From Geobacter sulfurreducens PCA (GTDB lineage: Bacteria > Desulfobacterota > Desulfuromonadia > Geobacterales > Geobacteraceae), in NCBI RefSeq assembly GCF_000007985.2, contig NC_002939.5, positions 1,170,001 through 1,202,000 of the forward strand: a stretch of 32,000 nt of DNA. The letters are read 5' to 3'. Positions within the stretch are counted from its first letter, which is position 1. The number at the start of each line of letters is the position of its first letter. Positions 15,868 through 24,318 of this stretch are shown piece after piece. The position numbers were made by a program, and so were the translations under genes. The notes below the pieces were generated by a model. That model made no database searches, was not told the origin of the DNA, and was given only the letters and a program-made list of their open reading frames with translations.

Positions 15868-17637
15868 TCAGGTCTTGCGCAGGGTGAACCGGAAGGTTGT
15901 GCCTTTGCCGTGCTCGCTCTCGACAGTGATGCTTCCGCCGTGGAGCTGGATGATGTGCTTCACGATGGAAAGGCCGAGGCCGGTCCCCCCCTCGTCGCGG
16001 CTGCGGGCGGCATCCACCCGGTAGAACCTCTCAAAGATGCGCGGCAGGTCCTTGGGGGGGATGCCGATGCCGGTGTCGTGAACCGACACCCTCACCATCC
16101 CGTCCGCCTCATCGGCACTGAGGGTGATGGTTCCTCCGGGCGGCGTGTACTTGAGGGCATTGTCCATGAGGTTGATGAGGACCTGCTCCAGCCGTCCCGG
16201 GTCGGCCAGTACCGGTGGAGCGCCTGCCAGGGCCGAGATGTCGATGACGATCTCCTTCCGTGCGGCCTTCTGCTCCAGCAGCCCCGCCGCGTGGGAGACC
16301 GCACGGTCCAGGTGGATCTGGGTCAGCTCCAGCTGGAGTCCTCCCGATTCCAGCTGTGAAAGGGTGAGGAGATCGCGGATCAGATCGGCGAGTCGTTCCG
16401 AGTGACTGCAAATAATCTCAAGGAAACGCCCGGCCCGTTCCGGGTCTTCCTCCACGAGTCCGCCGGCCAGGGCCTCGGCATATCCCTTGATGACCGTCAC
16501 CGGCGTCCTGAGTTCGTGGGATACATTGGCCACGAAGTCGCGGCGGACAACCTCAAGCCGTTTCAGGTCCGAAATGTCGTGGAACACCGCCACCACGCCG
16601 CGCAGTTCGTCCTCTTCCATGAGCGGCACCCAGTGGGTCAGCACCTGCTTTTCGTCCCCCAGGGGAAGCGTCATCTCCTCCACGTGTTCGCTGCGGGACG
16701 ACACCACGGCCCTGAACGTTTCATGCAGCTCGGGGAACCGGGCGATTTCGATGATCTGTCTCCCTTCCACGCTCTGGGTGAGGCCGAAGAGCTCAAGAAA
16801 AGCCGGGTTCACGAGAGTCACGGTTCCCCCGGCATCGCTCACCATCAGCCCCTCGCCCATTCCGCGGAGGATGGTGTCGAGCCGGTTTTTCTCCGCCGAG
16901 ATCCGCGCCAGGTTCCGTTCGATCTGCGAAGCCATTTCATTCATGACGCGGGCGAGTTCGCCGACTTCATCGCGGGTGATGACCGGAATCCGCCGGCCGT
17001 AGTCTCCCCGGCCCAGTTGGGTGGCCAGGGTTGTGATGGTGCGCAGCGAGCGGGATGTGAGCCGCGAGAGTAGATAGCTCAGGAGCAGCGCAACCACCAG
17101 CGATACCACAAGAGATGCCCCCAGCAGGGTCCGGATGCTCTGTTTTGCCTTTTCTACCGCGGTGAGAGGGAGCGACAGGCGCAGCACGCCGCGCTCTCCC
17201 GTTGTGGTGTTGAGCACGGTCGCCACGTAGAGCATGGGGGTCTTGATGGTAGCTGAATAGCGGACCGCGGCGCCCCCTCCCTGTTCCAGCGCCTGGCGGA
17301 CTTCGGGGCGGTTCGCGTGGTTTTCCAGCGTTCCCAGGTATTGGGGTGCGATGTCAGAGTCGGCCACCACCTCGCCCCCCTCAAGGATCACCGTCACGCG
17401 TGCCCGGGTCTCGCGCGAAATGGCCGCTGCCACTGCGGGCGCATCCCGCCGCATATCACGGATCTCACGGCCGGCAACCATCCGCGCCAGCCGCGATTCG
17501 CTCTTGAGATTCTCCTGGATCTCGTGGGCGAGGTGCGTGGTGAGAGTATGGTTAAGGTAGACGAAAAAAGCTCCCCCGATAAAGAGGAGCAAACATAGAT
17601 AGGAAGCCATCAGCTTCCACTGGATGGTGAGCTTCAC
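15868..17637 (-). CDS. phoR: phosphate regulon sensor histidine kinase PhoR-like (TM, HAMP, PAS, HisKA, HATPase)
   Basis: H-box SHELRTPVTVIKGY, an N/G-box region (DNALKYT, DTGIGI, GGTGLGLSIV), and a position directly downstream of phoB. The GTG start at 17637 overlaps the phoB TAG. ATG 17610 is an alternative. Confidence 0.85.
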   Translation of the reverse strand: MKLTIQWKLMASYLCLLLFIGGAFFVYLNHTLTTHLAHEIQENLKSESRLARMVAGREIRDMRRDAPAVAAAISRETRARVTVILEGGEVVADSDIAPQYLGTLENHANRPEVRQALEQGGGAAVRYSATIKTPMLYVATVLNTTTGERGVLRLSLPLTAVEKAKQSIRTLLGASLVVSLVVALLLSYLLSRLTSRSLRTITTLATQLGRGDYGRRIPVITRDEVGELARVMNEMASQIERNLARISAEKNRLDTILRGMGEGLMVSDAGGTVTLVNPAFLELFGLTQSVEGRQIIEIARFPELHETFRAVVSSRSEHVEEMTLPLGDEKQVLTHWVPLMEEDELRGVVAVFHDISDLKRLEVVRRDFVANVSHELRTPVTVIKGYAEALAGGLVEEDPERAGRFLEIICSHSERLADLIRDLLTLSQLESGGLQLELTQIHLDRAVSHAAGLLEQKAARKEIVIDISALAGAPPVLADPGRLEQVLINLMDNALKYTPPGGTITLSADEADGMVRVSVHDTGIGIPPKDLPRIFERFYRVDAARSRDEGGTGLGLSIVKHIIQLHGGSITVESEHGKGTTFRFTLRKT

Positions 17638-18314
17638 TATTCCTCCATCTTGTAGCCGAAGCCGCGGACGGTCTTGATCAGCTCTCCGGCCTGTCCCAGC
17701 TTCGTCCGCAGGCGGGTGATATGAGTATCCACCGTGCGGGTGTCTCCCACGTAATTATATCCCCACACGTTTTTGAGAAGGAGGTCGCGGCTCTGGACCC
17801 GACCGAGCCGCTCGGCAAGGTTCAGCAGAAGTTTGAACTCGGTCGTGGTCAGGGTGACATCATCTCCCTCCACGGCCACCATGTGACGCTCCGTATCGAT
17901 CGTCACCGGCCCGACATTGATGACCTTTCCTTCCGGCTTGTCGGGGAGGGAGCGGCGCAGCACCGCTTTCACCCTGAGCAGCAACTCGCGGGTAGAGAAG
18001 GGTTTTACCACGTAGTCGTCGGCCCCGACCTCGAAGCCGACCACACGGTCGATCTCCTCGCCGCGTGCCGTCAGCATGATGACCGGGATATGGGCGGTCT
18101 TTTCCGACTTCTTGAGGATTTTGCAGACCTCCATCCCCATCATTCCCGGCAGCATCAGGTCCAGCAGGATCAGGTCGGGGGGCTGGCTGCGGGCCAATTC
18201 CAGGCCGTTCGCGCCATCCAGTGCCGTGAGGGTCCGATACCCTTCTTTTTCAAGGTTGAAGGCCACCAGATCGGCCAGGTCGCGCTCGTCTTCGATGATA
18301 AGTATCGTTTTCAT
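17637..18314 (-). CDS. phoB: OmpR-family response regulator PhoB
   Basis: Start at MKTILIIEDE (GAGGGAGAG SD). It has a canonical receiver (DLILLDLMLPGM, KPF) and a winged-helix domain (VWGYNYVGDTRTVDTHITRLR). Confidence 0.9.
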   Translation of the reverse strand: MKTILIIEDERDLADLVAFNLEKEGYRTLTALDGANGLELARSQPPDLILLDLMLPGMMGMEVCKILKKSEKTAHIPVIMLTARGEEIDRVVGFEVGADDYVVKPFSTRELLLRVKAVLRRSLPDKPEGKVINVGPVTIDTERHMVAVEGDDVTLTTTEFKLLLNLAERLGRVQSRDLLLKNVWGYNYVGDTRTVDTHITRLRTKLGQAGELIKTVRGFGYKMEE

Positions 18315-18345
18315 GAATGTCTCTCCCTCGTGCGAGGGTAGCGTC

Positions 18346-18389
18346 ACAATATTGCATTTGTGTTACAGCTGTGAAAAATGCCTGTAAAG
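18346..18389 (-). promoter_or_regulatory. putative autoregulated phoB promoter: CTTTACA-GGCA-TTTTTCA-CAGC-TGTAACA, N9, TATTGT
   Basis: Read on the minus strand, three 7-mers lie at exact 11-bp spacing. A -10-like hexamer lies 9 nt after the last one, and the ATG is about 32 nt downstream. Confidence 0.5.
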
Positions 18390-18405
18390 ACTAGAGATGG
18401 AGCCC

Positions 18406-18440
18406 GTTTCCACACAAATTGTGGATACCCTTGTGGATAA
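18406..18440. promoter_or_regulatory. cluster of DnaA-box-like 9-mers (one perfect TTATCCACA)
   Basis: TGTGGATAA at 18432-18440 is a perfect reverse complement of the box. TGTGGATAC at 18420-18428 matches 8/9. GTTTCCACA at 18406-18414 matches 7/9 in the opposite orientation. Confidence 0.3.
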
Positions 18441-18768
18441 GATCGTAACACGTTTGCAAAGGCATATTAAAACAAATGTAAATAGCAAATTGCCCAAGAA
18501 ATAAGCAGGTCGGAACGTGCTGAAATTAATACAGTATTAACAAAAACACATAATTATGTGTTGTGTCACGGAGCTCGTGACAGCCGTGTTTCATGTCGGT
18601 CATGGCGTTCATGCCGTAGCATCAGCTCCTCCTGAAGCTGCAATGATATCATGTTCTAACATCTTGACTTGTCCCGAGCGGCATGCTAGTTCAATAAATC
18701 TTCATCGATTCAATGGGTTAATGCACTGAAACACATGTTTGAATTGACGAAACACACAGGGGGAGTCC

Positions 18769-20427
18769 ATGGCACAACCGCTTGAATTTACGGTAGGAGG
18801 ATTGCTTGACCACATTGCGGCCCGCTATCCCGACAATGACGCTCTCGTCTATGTTGATCGCGGCCTCCGTTACTCCTATCGCCAGTTCAACGAAGTCTGC
18901 CGCGAGGTGGCCAAGGGGCTGCTGCGGCTCGGCGTCAAGAAGGGCGATCATGTTTCCATCTGGGCCTACAATGTCCCCGAATGGGTGATCCTTCAGTTCG
19001 CCACGGCCAAAATCGGCGCTGTGCTCGTAACGGTCAACACCAACTACAAATCGGCGGAGCTGGAGTATATCCTCAACCAATCCGACTCTTCGACGCTCTT
19101 CCTTGTGAAATCGTTCAAGGATACCGATTATGTGGCCACCGTGAACGAGGTCGTGCCCGAGCTGGCCGGGTCGGAAGCCGGCGCCCTTTCCAGTCCGAAA
19201 CTCCCTTTCCTCAGGAATGTCGTCTTCATCGGCAGCGAGACGCCGGCTGGCATGCTCAATTTCGAGGCAATTGCCGCCATGGGTCAGGATGTCTCCGATG
19301 CCGAACTGGCGGCTGTTGAGGCAACCCTCGATCGCCACGACGTCATCAATATGCAGTACACCTCGGGCACCACCGGCTTTCCCAAGGGGGTCATGCTGAC
19401 CCACTTCAACATCATCAACAACGGCTTCAACATCGGTGAATGCATGAAGTTCACCGAGAAGGACCGGCTCTGCATCCCGGTCCCCTTTTTCCACTGCTTC
19501 GGCTGCGTGCTCGGCGTCATGGCCTGCGTCACCCACGGCACGACCATGGTGCCGGTGGAGATTTTCGACCCCCTCTCGGTGCTGCGCACCATCGAAAAGG
19601 AGCGCTGCACTGCGGTTCACGGCGTTCCCACCATGTTTATCGCGGAGCTGGAGCACCCGGACTTTCCGAAGTTCGATCTCACGAGTCTCCGCACCGGGAT
19701 CATGGCCGGCTCCAACTGCCCCATCGAGGTAATGAAAAAGGTCATCAGCCAGATGAACGCCAGCGAAATCACCATCGCCTACGGCCAGACCGAGTCGTCG
19801 CCCGTGATCACCCAGACCCGCACCGACGATGCCATCGAGCTCCGGGTGGCCACGGTCGGCCGGGCGCTTCCCGACGTGGAGGTCAAGATCGTCGATATCG
19901 AAACCGGTGCCGAACTGCCGCCGGGCAAGCAGGGCGAGCTGTGCACCCGCGGATACCTGGTCATGAAGGGGTACTATAAAATGCCCGAGGAGACTGCGCG
20001 GGCAATCGATGCCGACGGCTGGCTCCACACGGGTGACCTGGCCGTCATGGATGAGAACGGCTACTGCAAGATCACCGGTCGGATCAAGAATATGATCATT
20101 CGAGGCGGTGAGAATATCTATCCTCGCGAGATAGAGGAGTTTCTCTATACCCACCCGAAAATATCAGATGTTCAGATCTATGGCGTCCCCGACCGCAAGT
20201 ACGGGGAGCAGGTCATGGCCGCGGTCATTCTCAAGAAGGGCGACACCATGACCGAAGAGGATGTGCGTGATTTCTGCAGGGGCAAGATCGCCAACTACAA
20301 GATTCCCAAGTACGTTAAATTCGTCGATTCCTACCCCATGACCGCCTCTGGCAAGATCCAGAAGTTCAAGCTGCGGGAAATGGCCATCAAGGAGCTCGGC
20401 CTCGAAGGGCCGGGGGAAACCGCTTGA
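18769..20427 (+). CDS. AMP-dependent acyl-CoA synthetase/ligase (fatty-acid CoA ligase family)
   Basis: GGGGGAG SD. AMP-binding motif [16 protein letters not shown], plus GYGQTE-like (AYGQTESS), TGDLAV and [10 protein letters not shown] at the C-terminus. Confidence 0.9.
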   Translation: MAQPLEFTVGGLLDHIAARYPDNDALVYVDRGLRYSYRQFNEVCREVAKGLLRLGVKKGDHVSIWAYNVPEWVILQFATAKIGAVLVTVNTNYKSAELEYILNQSDSSTLFLVKSFKDTDYVATVNEVVPELAGSEAGALSSPKLPFLRNVVFIGSETPAGMLNFEAIAAMGQDVSDAELAAVEATLDRHDVINMQYTSGTTGFPKGVMLTHFNIINNGFNIGECMKFTEKDRLCIPVPFFHCFGCVLGVMACVTHGTTMVPVEIFDPLSVLRTIEKERCTAVHGVPTMFIAELEHPDFPKFDLTSLRTGIMAGSNCPIEVMKKVISQMNASEITIAYGQTESSPVITQTRTDDAIELRVATVGRALPDVEVKIVDIETGAELPPGKQGELCTRGYLVMKGYYKMPEETARAIDADGWLHTGDLAVMDENGYCKITGRIKNMIIRGGENIYPREIEEFLYTHPKISDVQIYGVPDRKYGEQVMAAVILKKGDTMTEEDVRDFCRGKIANYKIPKYVKFVDSYPMTASGKIQKFKLREMAIKELGLEGPGETA

Positions 20428-20440
20428 CCGGAGCATTGGT

Positions 20441-20587
20441 ATGAGGGAAAAAATTCTCGGCGTTCTCATGGTGTTGTTCGTGCTCTGTTTCGCGGCGATC
20501 ATCATTGAAGAAACCTTCCTGGGCGGACGCAAGCGGCGGCGCCTGGAGAAGGAGGCGCGACGTCGCCGTCAGTCGGACGGGGAATGA
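20441..20587 (+). CDS. unannotated small ORF, 48 aa, single TM helix plus Arg/Lys-rich tail
   Basis: MREKILGVLMVLFVLCFAAIIIEETFLGGRKRRRLEKEARRRRQSDGE. GGAG lies 9 nt upstream. It fills the gap between the ligase and peptidase genes and is below the track cutoff. Confidence 0.35.
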   Translation: MREKILGVLMVLFVLCFAAIIIEETFLGGRKRRRLEKEARRRRQSDGE

Positions 20588-20617
20588 CGCCAAGGTAACG
20601 CACACAGCGAGGTTTTC

Positions 20618-21811
20618 ATGCGCATCACACCAAGGGAAGAGTTGGACTACCGCATCTCCCGGCTTCAGACATACATGGCCGGGGCAGGGCTCGATGCGGT
20701 CATCATCGTTCAGAATGCCGACTTGTTTTATTTCACCGGCACCATCCAGAGCGGCAACCTCTATGTGCCCGTTGAGGGCGACCCCATCTACATGGTCCGC
20801 AAAGAGCATTCCCGGGCGCGGATGGAGTCGGGGCTCAAGTTGGTCGTACCGTTTTCCTCCATGAAGAACATCCCCGGTATTCTGGCAGACCACGGTTATT
20901 CTCTGCCCGCCCGGATCGGCATGGAGCTCGACGTCGTGCCGGTAGCCTTCTTTGAGCGCTACCGCGCCGTATTTCCCAACGCCGACTTCAGCGATGCAAC
21001 GCCTCTCATCCGGCGGGTCAGGATGATCAAGAGCAAGTACGAGATTCATCTCCTCCAGGATGCCGCAGTCCAGGTCGACAAGGTCCATCGTCGCGCCATG
21101 GAGGTCATCCGTGAGGGGATGACCGATCTGGAACTTGCGGCGGAACTGGAGTTCACTGCCCGGAAAGAAGGTCACCAGGGGCTCGTCCGGATGCGCTCTT
21201 TCAATTCTGAGCTGTTTTACGCTCATATTTTTTCAGGGACCGATACAGCGGTCCCTGCCTATGTGGATACCCCCCTCGGAGGACTTGGGCTCAATCCCTC
21301 GTTCGGTCAGGGGGCCGGGCTCAAGCGGATCGAACGCAATGAGCCGATCATCGTCGATTTCGCCGGTTGCGTTGACGGCTACCTGGTGGACCAGACACGC
21401 GTCCTGGCCATCGGAGGGATTTCCGATCGGTTGCGTCGTGCATACGATGACATGATCAGGGTTCAGGAGCGGATGATCACGCTGGCTCTCCCCGGCACGC
21501 CGTGGGGCGATGTCTATGAGGGGTGTCGCACTCTGGCTGAGGAGCTGGGGTATGCCGACAGCTTCATGGGCTCCCGTGGCGCCCAGGTTTCCTTTATCGG
21601 TCACGGCATCGGCATCGAGATAGACGAATATCCGTTCATTGCGCGTGGCTTCTCCGAAATGGTCCTTGAGCCGGGCATGGTTTTCGCTTTCGAGCCGAAG
21701 GTCGTTTTCCCGGGCGAAGGAGCCATCGGGATCGAAAATACCTTTTATATCTCAAACTATGAAGGGCTCAAGCAGCTGACATTCTCGGACCAGGAACTGG
21801 TCATTCTCTGA
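20618..21811 (+). CDS. M24 family Xaa-Pro peptidase / creatinase-fold metallopeptidase
   Basis: It has an N-terminal creatinase/prolidase domain and a C-terminal pita-bread fold with metal ligand contexts (VDFAGCVDGYLVDQTR, GHGIGIEIDE, FAFEP, IENT). Confidence 0.85.
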   Translation: MRITPREELDYRISRLQTYMAGAGLDAVIIVQNADLFYFTGTIQSGNLYVPVEGDPIYMVRKEHSRARMESGLKLVVPFSSMKNIPGILADHGYSLPARIGMELDVVPVAFFERYRAVFPNADFSDATPLIRRVRMIKSKYEIHLLQDAAVQVDKVHRRAMEVIREGMTDLELAAELEFTARKEGHQGLVRMRSFNSELFYAHIFSGTDTAVPAYVDTPLGGLGLNPSFGQGAGLKRIERNEPIIVDFAGCVDGYLVDQTRVLAIGGISDRLRRAYDDMIRVQERMITLALPGTPWGDVYEGCRTLAEELGYADSFMGSRGAQVSFIGHGIGIEIDEYPFIARGFSEMVLEPGMVFAFEPKVVFPGEGAIGIENTFYISNYEGLKQLTFSDQELVIL

Positions 21812-21932
21812 CAGCAGTCACTCACCCCTCCGGTGGGACGTCACCTTGACCGAGGTGAAACGTCCCGCCCCACCCCCCCTGATTAGCGCCGGCCGTCGCG
21901 CCCCTTGTTGCCCGTTATCATGTAAAATTTTG

Positions 21933-21961
21933 TTGAGTTTAATCAGATTGAATGGTATAAG
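21933..21961 (+). promoter_or_regulatory. candidate distal sigma70-type promoter of gltA (TTGAGT-17-TATAAG)
   Basis: The hexamers have a 17-nt spacer and sit in an AT-rich region about 230 nt upstream of the gltA ATG. The palindrome at 21978-21990 lies just downstream, in an operator-like position. Confidence 0.35.
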
Positions 21962-21971
21962 GCTTTACAGT

Positions 21972-21989
21972 AAAATTGTATACAGTATA
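21972..21989. promoter_or_regulatory. palindromic operator-like element AAAATTGTATACAGTATA (core GTATAC-A-GTATAC)
   Basis: It contains a perfect 6-1-6 palindrome. It matches 17 of 18 positions of the element at 25803-25820. Confidence 0.4.
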
Positions 21990-22132
21990 CTAAAAAGAGA
22001 TTTCCGCCGTTTTCACAATAATCGGTACCTCAATTTCAATGCCGTATTTTGTGGTATCGGAAGTATAACCGACTGAAATTTCCAGTACCGTGACACCACC
22101 AGTGGAAAGGAGGGGGAAGAAGGCAGGCGAGG

Positions 22133-22160
22133 TTGATAGTTTGTTTTTGTTTATTAAAAC
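22133..22160 (+). promoter_or_regulatory. candidate proximal gltA promoter (TTGATA-16-TAAAAC)
   Basis: Hexamer match only. It would give a leader of about 25 nt carrying the AAAGGAGAG SD. Confidence 0.25.
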
Positions 22161-22188
22161 ATCACAACTTGAAAGGAGAGCACGTAAC

Positions 22189-23514
22189 ATGGCACTCAAG
22201 GAAACCCTAAAGCAAAAAATTGAGGAGCACCGTCCCCGCACCACCCGGCTCGTAAAGGAGTTCGGCAAGGTCATTATCGACCAGGTGACCATTGATCAAT
22301 GCATCGGCGGTGCCCGTGACATCCGCTGCCTGGTAACCGATATCTCCTATCTCGACCCGCAGGAAGGGATCCGGTTCCGTGGCAAGACCATTCCCGAGAC
22401 CTTTGAGGCTCTCCCCAAGGCTGCCGGTTCTGACTATCCGACCGTTGAATCCTTCTGGTACTTCCTCCTGACCGGCGAAGTCCCGACCCAGGCCCAGGTT
22501 GACGAAGTGGTTGCCGAGTGGAAGGTACGTCAGGAAGTTCCCCAGTACGTGTTCGACGCCATCCGTGCACTGCCGCGTGATAGCCACCCCATGGTCATGC
22601 TCTCCGTCGGTATCCTTGCCCTCCAAAAGGATTCCAAGTTCGCGGGCTTCTACAACTCGGGCAAGTTCAACAAAATGACGGCTTGGGAATACGTCTACGA
22701 AGATGCCTATGATCTTGTAGCCCGTATCCCCGTCATCGCCGCATTCATCTACAACCTCAAGTACAAAGGCGACAAGCAGCTTCCCATCGATCCGAGTGCA
22801 GACTGCGGCGCCAACTTCGCCCGTATGATCGGCCAGTGCAAGGAGTACGAGGATGTTGCCCGGATGTACTTCATCCTTCACTCCGACCATGAGTCCGGCA
22901 ACGTGTCGGCCCACACCACTCACTTGGTGCACTCGGCCCTGTCCGACCCCTACTATGCCTACTCCGCCGGCCTGAACGGCCTCGCCGGTCCGCTGCACGG
23001 CCTTGCCAACCAGGAAGTTCTCGACTGGACCATCAAGTTCCAGGAGAAGTACTGCAAGGACGTGGAGCCCACCAAGGAGCTGGTCACCAAGGCCCTGTGG
23101 GATACCCTCAACGCCGGTCAGGTCGTTCCGGGATACGGCCACGCCGTTCTCCGCAAGACCGACCCCCGGTATACCTCTCAGCGCGAGTTCTGCCTCAAGA
23201 CTCCGGGGCTCAAGGATGATCCGCTGTTCAAACTGGTTGCCATGATCTTTGAAACCGCTCCTGGCGTGCTCATGGAGCACGGTAAGGCCAAGAACCCCTG
23301 GCCGAACGTCGATGCTCAGTCCGGCGTCATCCAGTGGTACTATGGCCTCCGTGAGTGGGACTTCTACACCGTCCTCTTCGGTGTGGGCCGTGCGCTCGGC
23401 TGCATGGCGAACATCACCTGGGACCGTGGCCTCGGTTACGCCATCGAGCGTCCCAAGTCCGTTACCACTCCGATGCTTGAGAAGTGGGCGGAAGAAGGCG
23501 GCCGCAAGTTCTAG
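22189..23514 (+). CDS. gltA: citrate synthase, eukaryote-like type
   Basis: Start at MALKETLKQ after AAAGGAGAG. Citrate synthase signatures include HSDHESGNVSAHT, GPLHGLANQEV and GYGHAVLRKTDPRY. The sequence resembles the mitochondrial-type enzyme known from Geobacteraceae. Confidence 0.95.
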   Translation: MALKETLKQKIEEHRPRTTRLVKEFGKVIIDQVTIDQCIGGARDIRCLVTDISYLDPQEGIRFRGKTIPETFEALPKAAGSDYPTVESFWYFLLTGEVPTQAQVDEVVAEWKVRQEVPQYVFDAIRALPRDSHPMVMLSVGILALQKDSKFAGFYNSGKFNKMTAWEYVYEDAYDLVARIPVIAAFIYNLKYKGDKQLPIDPSADCGANFARMIGQCKEYEDVARMYFILHSDHESGNVSAHTTHLVHSALSDPYYAYSAGLNGLAGPLHGLANQEVLDWTIKFQEKYCKDVEPTKELVTKALWDTLNAGQVVPGYGHAVLRKTDPRYTSQREFCLKTPGLKDDPLFKLVAMIFETAPGVLMEHGKAKNPWPNVDAQSGVIQWYYGLREWDFYTVLFGVGRALGCMANITWDRGLGYAIERPKSVTTPMLEKWAEEGGRKF

Positions 23515-23522
23515 TCGTACAT

Positions 23523-23549
23523 GTGCCGGGGGGCGTCATTCCCCGGCAC
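23523..23549 (+). terminator. GC-rich hairpin directly after the gltA stop
   Basis: GTGCCGGGG-N9-CCCCGGCAC forms a perfect 9-bp stem, followed by only a weak T-run (TTCTGCTG). Confidence 0.4.
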
Positions 23550-23569
23550 TTCTGCTGTAAGTCAAATAG

Positions 23570-23606
23570 AAAATGGGGAGATGTCACCGCGTCTCCCCAT
23601 TTTTTC
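23570..23606. terminator. bidirectional rho-independent terminator between convergent gltA and the AMMECR1 gene
   Basis: AAAATGGGGAGA-N10-TCTCCCCATTTT has an A-tract on the 5' side and a T-tract on the 3' side, so it can function on both strands. Confidence 0.75.
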
Positions 23607-23642
23607 TATTCGTTCCCGCTTCAGGTGGCTCTGCTGTCGATG

Positions 23643-24182
23643 TCAGCTGAACACCTCTGCGCTGAAAATGTATATGTCAGCCCCATCCCGCCAATCGTCA
23701 GGCTTGAGACCGGCCTTCACACACGTTTGCATAAGGAAAGTATCGCGGTCCCAGCCGTATTCCGTGGCGACTTGGGGCAGGAGCACTCCACGAAAGAAAT
23801 TTTTCTCAATGTAGATGCCGTGGGTTCCCACAGTAATCTGTTCGGGGGAGGATATTTTTTCCAAGGGGCTCAAAACGGAAATTTCCAGGGAGAAATCCGT
23901 GATATCTTTGCTGGTCATCGGATAAAAGCGCGGATCACGGGTTGCGGCGGATACTGCCATCTCCCTGACCAGTTGGTACAGTGGTTGGCTGGAGGTGAAA
24001 TTGCCGATGCAGCCGCGCAATTCTCCACCTTTTTTGATGCAGACAAAACAACCATAGTGTTCGCACAGGCTCGGTACGGAGAGTTCCGTGGCTGGTGTAA
24101 TGCCCTCTCTGACATAGGTAACTATGGCTTCCCTGGCTAACATAAGTAAGAGCTTCTTGTCGTCGTCGGTTAGTCTCGGCAT
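23643..24182 (-). CDS. AMMECR1 domain protein
   Basis: Start at MPRLTDDDKK (GAGGAT SD). It carries the AMMECR1 hallmark GCFVCIKKGGELRGCIG plus DPRF and LLPQVA motifs. Confidence 0.85.
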   Translation of the reverse strand: MPRLTDDDKKLLLMLAREAIVTYVREGITPATELSVPSLCEHYGCFVCIKKGGELRGCIGNFTSSQPLYQLVREMAVSAATRDPRFYPMTSKDITDFSLEISVLSPLEKISSPEQITVGTHGIYIEKNFFRGVLLPQVATEYGWDRDTFLMQTCVKAGLKPDDWRDGADIYIFSAEVFS

Positions 24183-24318
24183 GTTTATCCTCTGTTGGAG
24201 CATTAGGTTAACGGCGGTAAGGCTGCGAACGAACCTGCTCATGCTGTGACATCTTGTGAACTATACTATGAACGTTCTTCAGGAAAAAGAGCATTTGCGT
24301 GCTAGAGAGGGAGTATCC

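Noticed and set aside
18397-18504. 35-codon plus-strand ORF (MEPVSTQIVDTLVDKIVTRLQRHIKTNVNSKLPKK) covering the DnaA-box-like sites.
   Set aside because: It has no convincing SD (only TAGAG). Its codon usage is strongly AT-biased and unlike the neighbouring genes. The repeated GTGGAT(A) words are better explained as DNA-binding sites than as Val-Asp codons.
18770-18785. Sigma54-like TGGCAC-N5-CTTGA element.
   Set aside because: It overlaps the start codon of the acyl-CoA synthetase (the ATG at 18769 supplies the T and G). The -12 element is off-consensus (TTGC expected), and there is nothing downstream for it to transcribe.
21835-21866. Stem-loop GGGACGT-CACC...GGTG-aa-ACGTCCC after the M24 peptidase gene.
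   Set aside because: It could be a terminator, but it is bulged and followed by a C-rich stretch rather than a U-rich one. I do not call it without 3'-end data.
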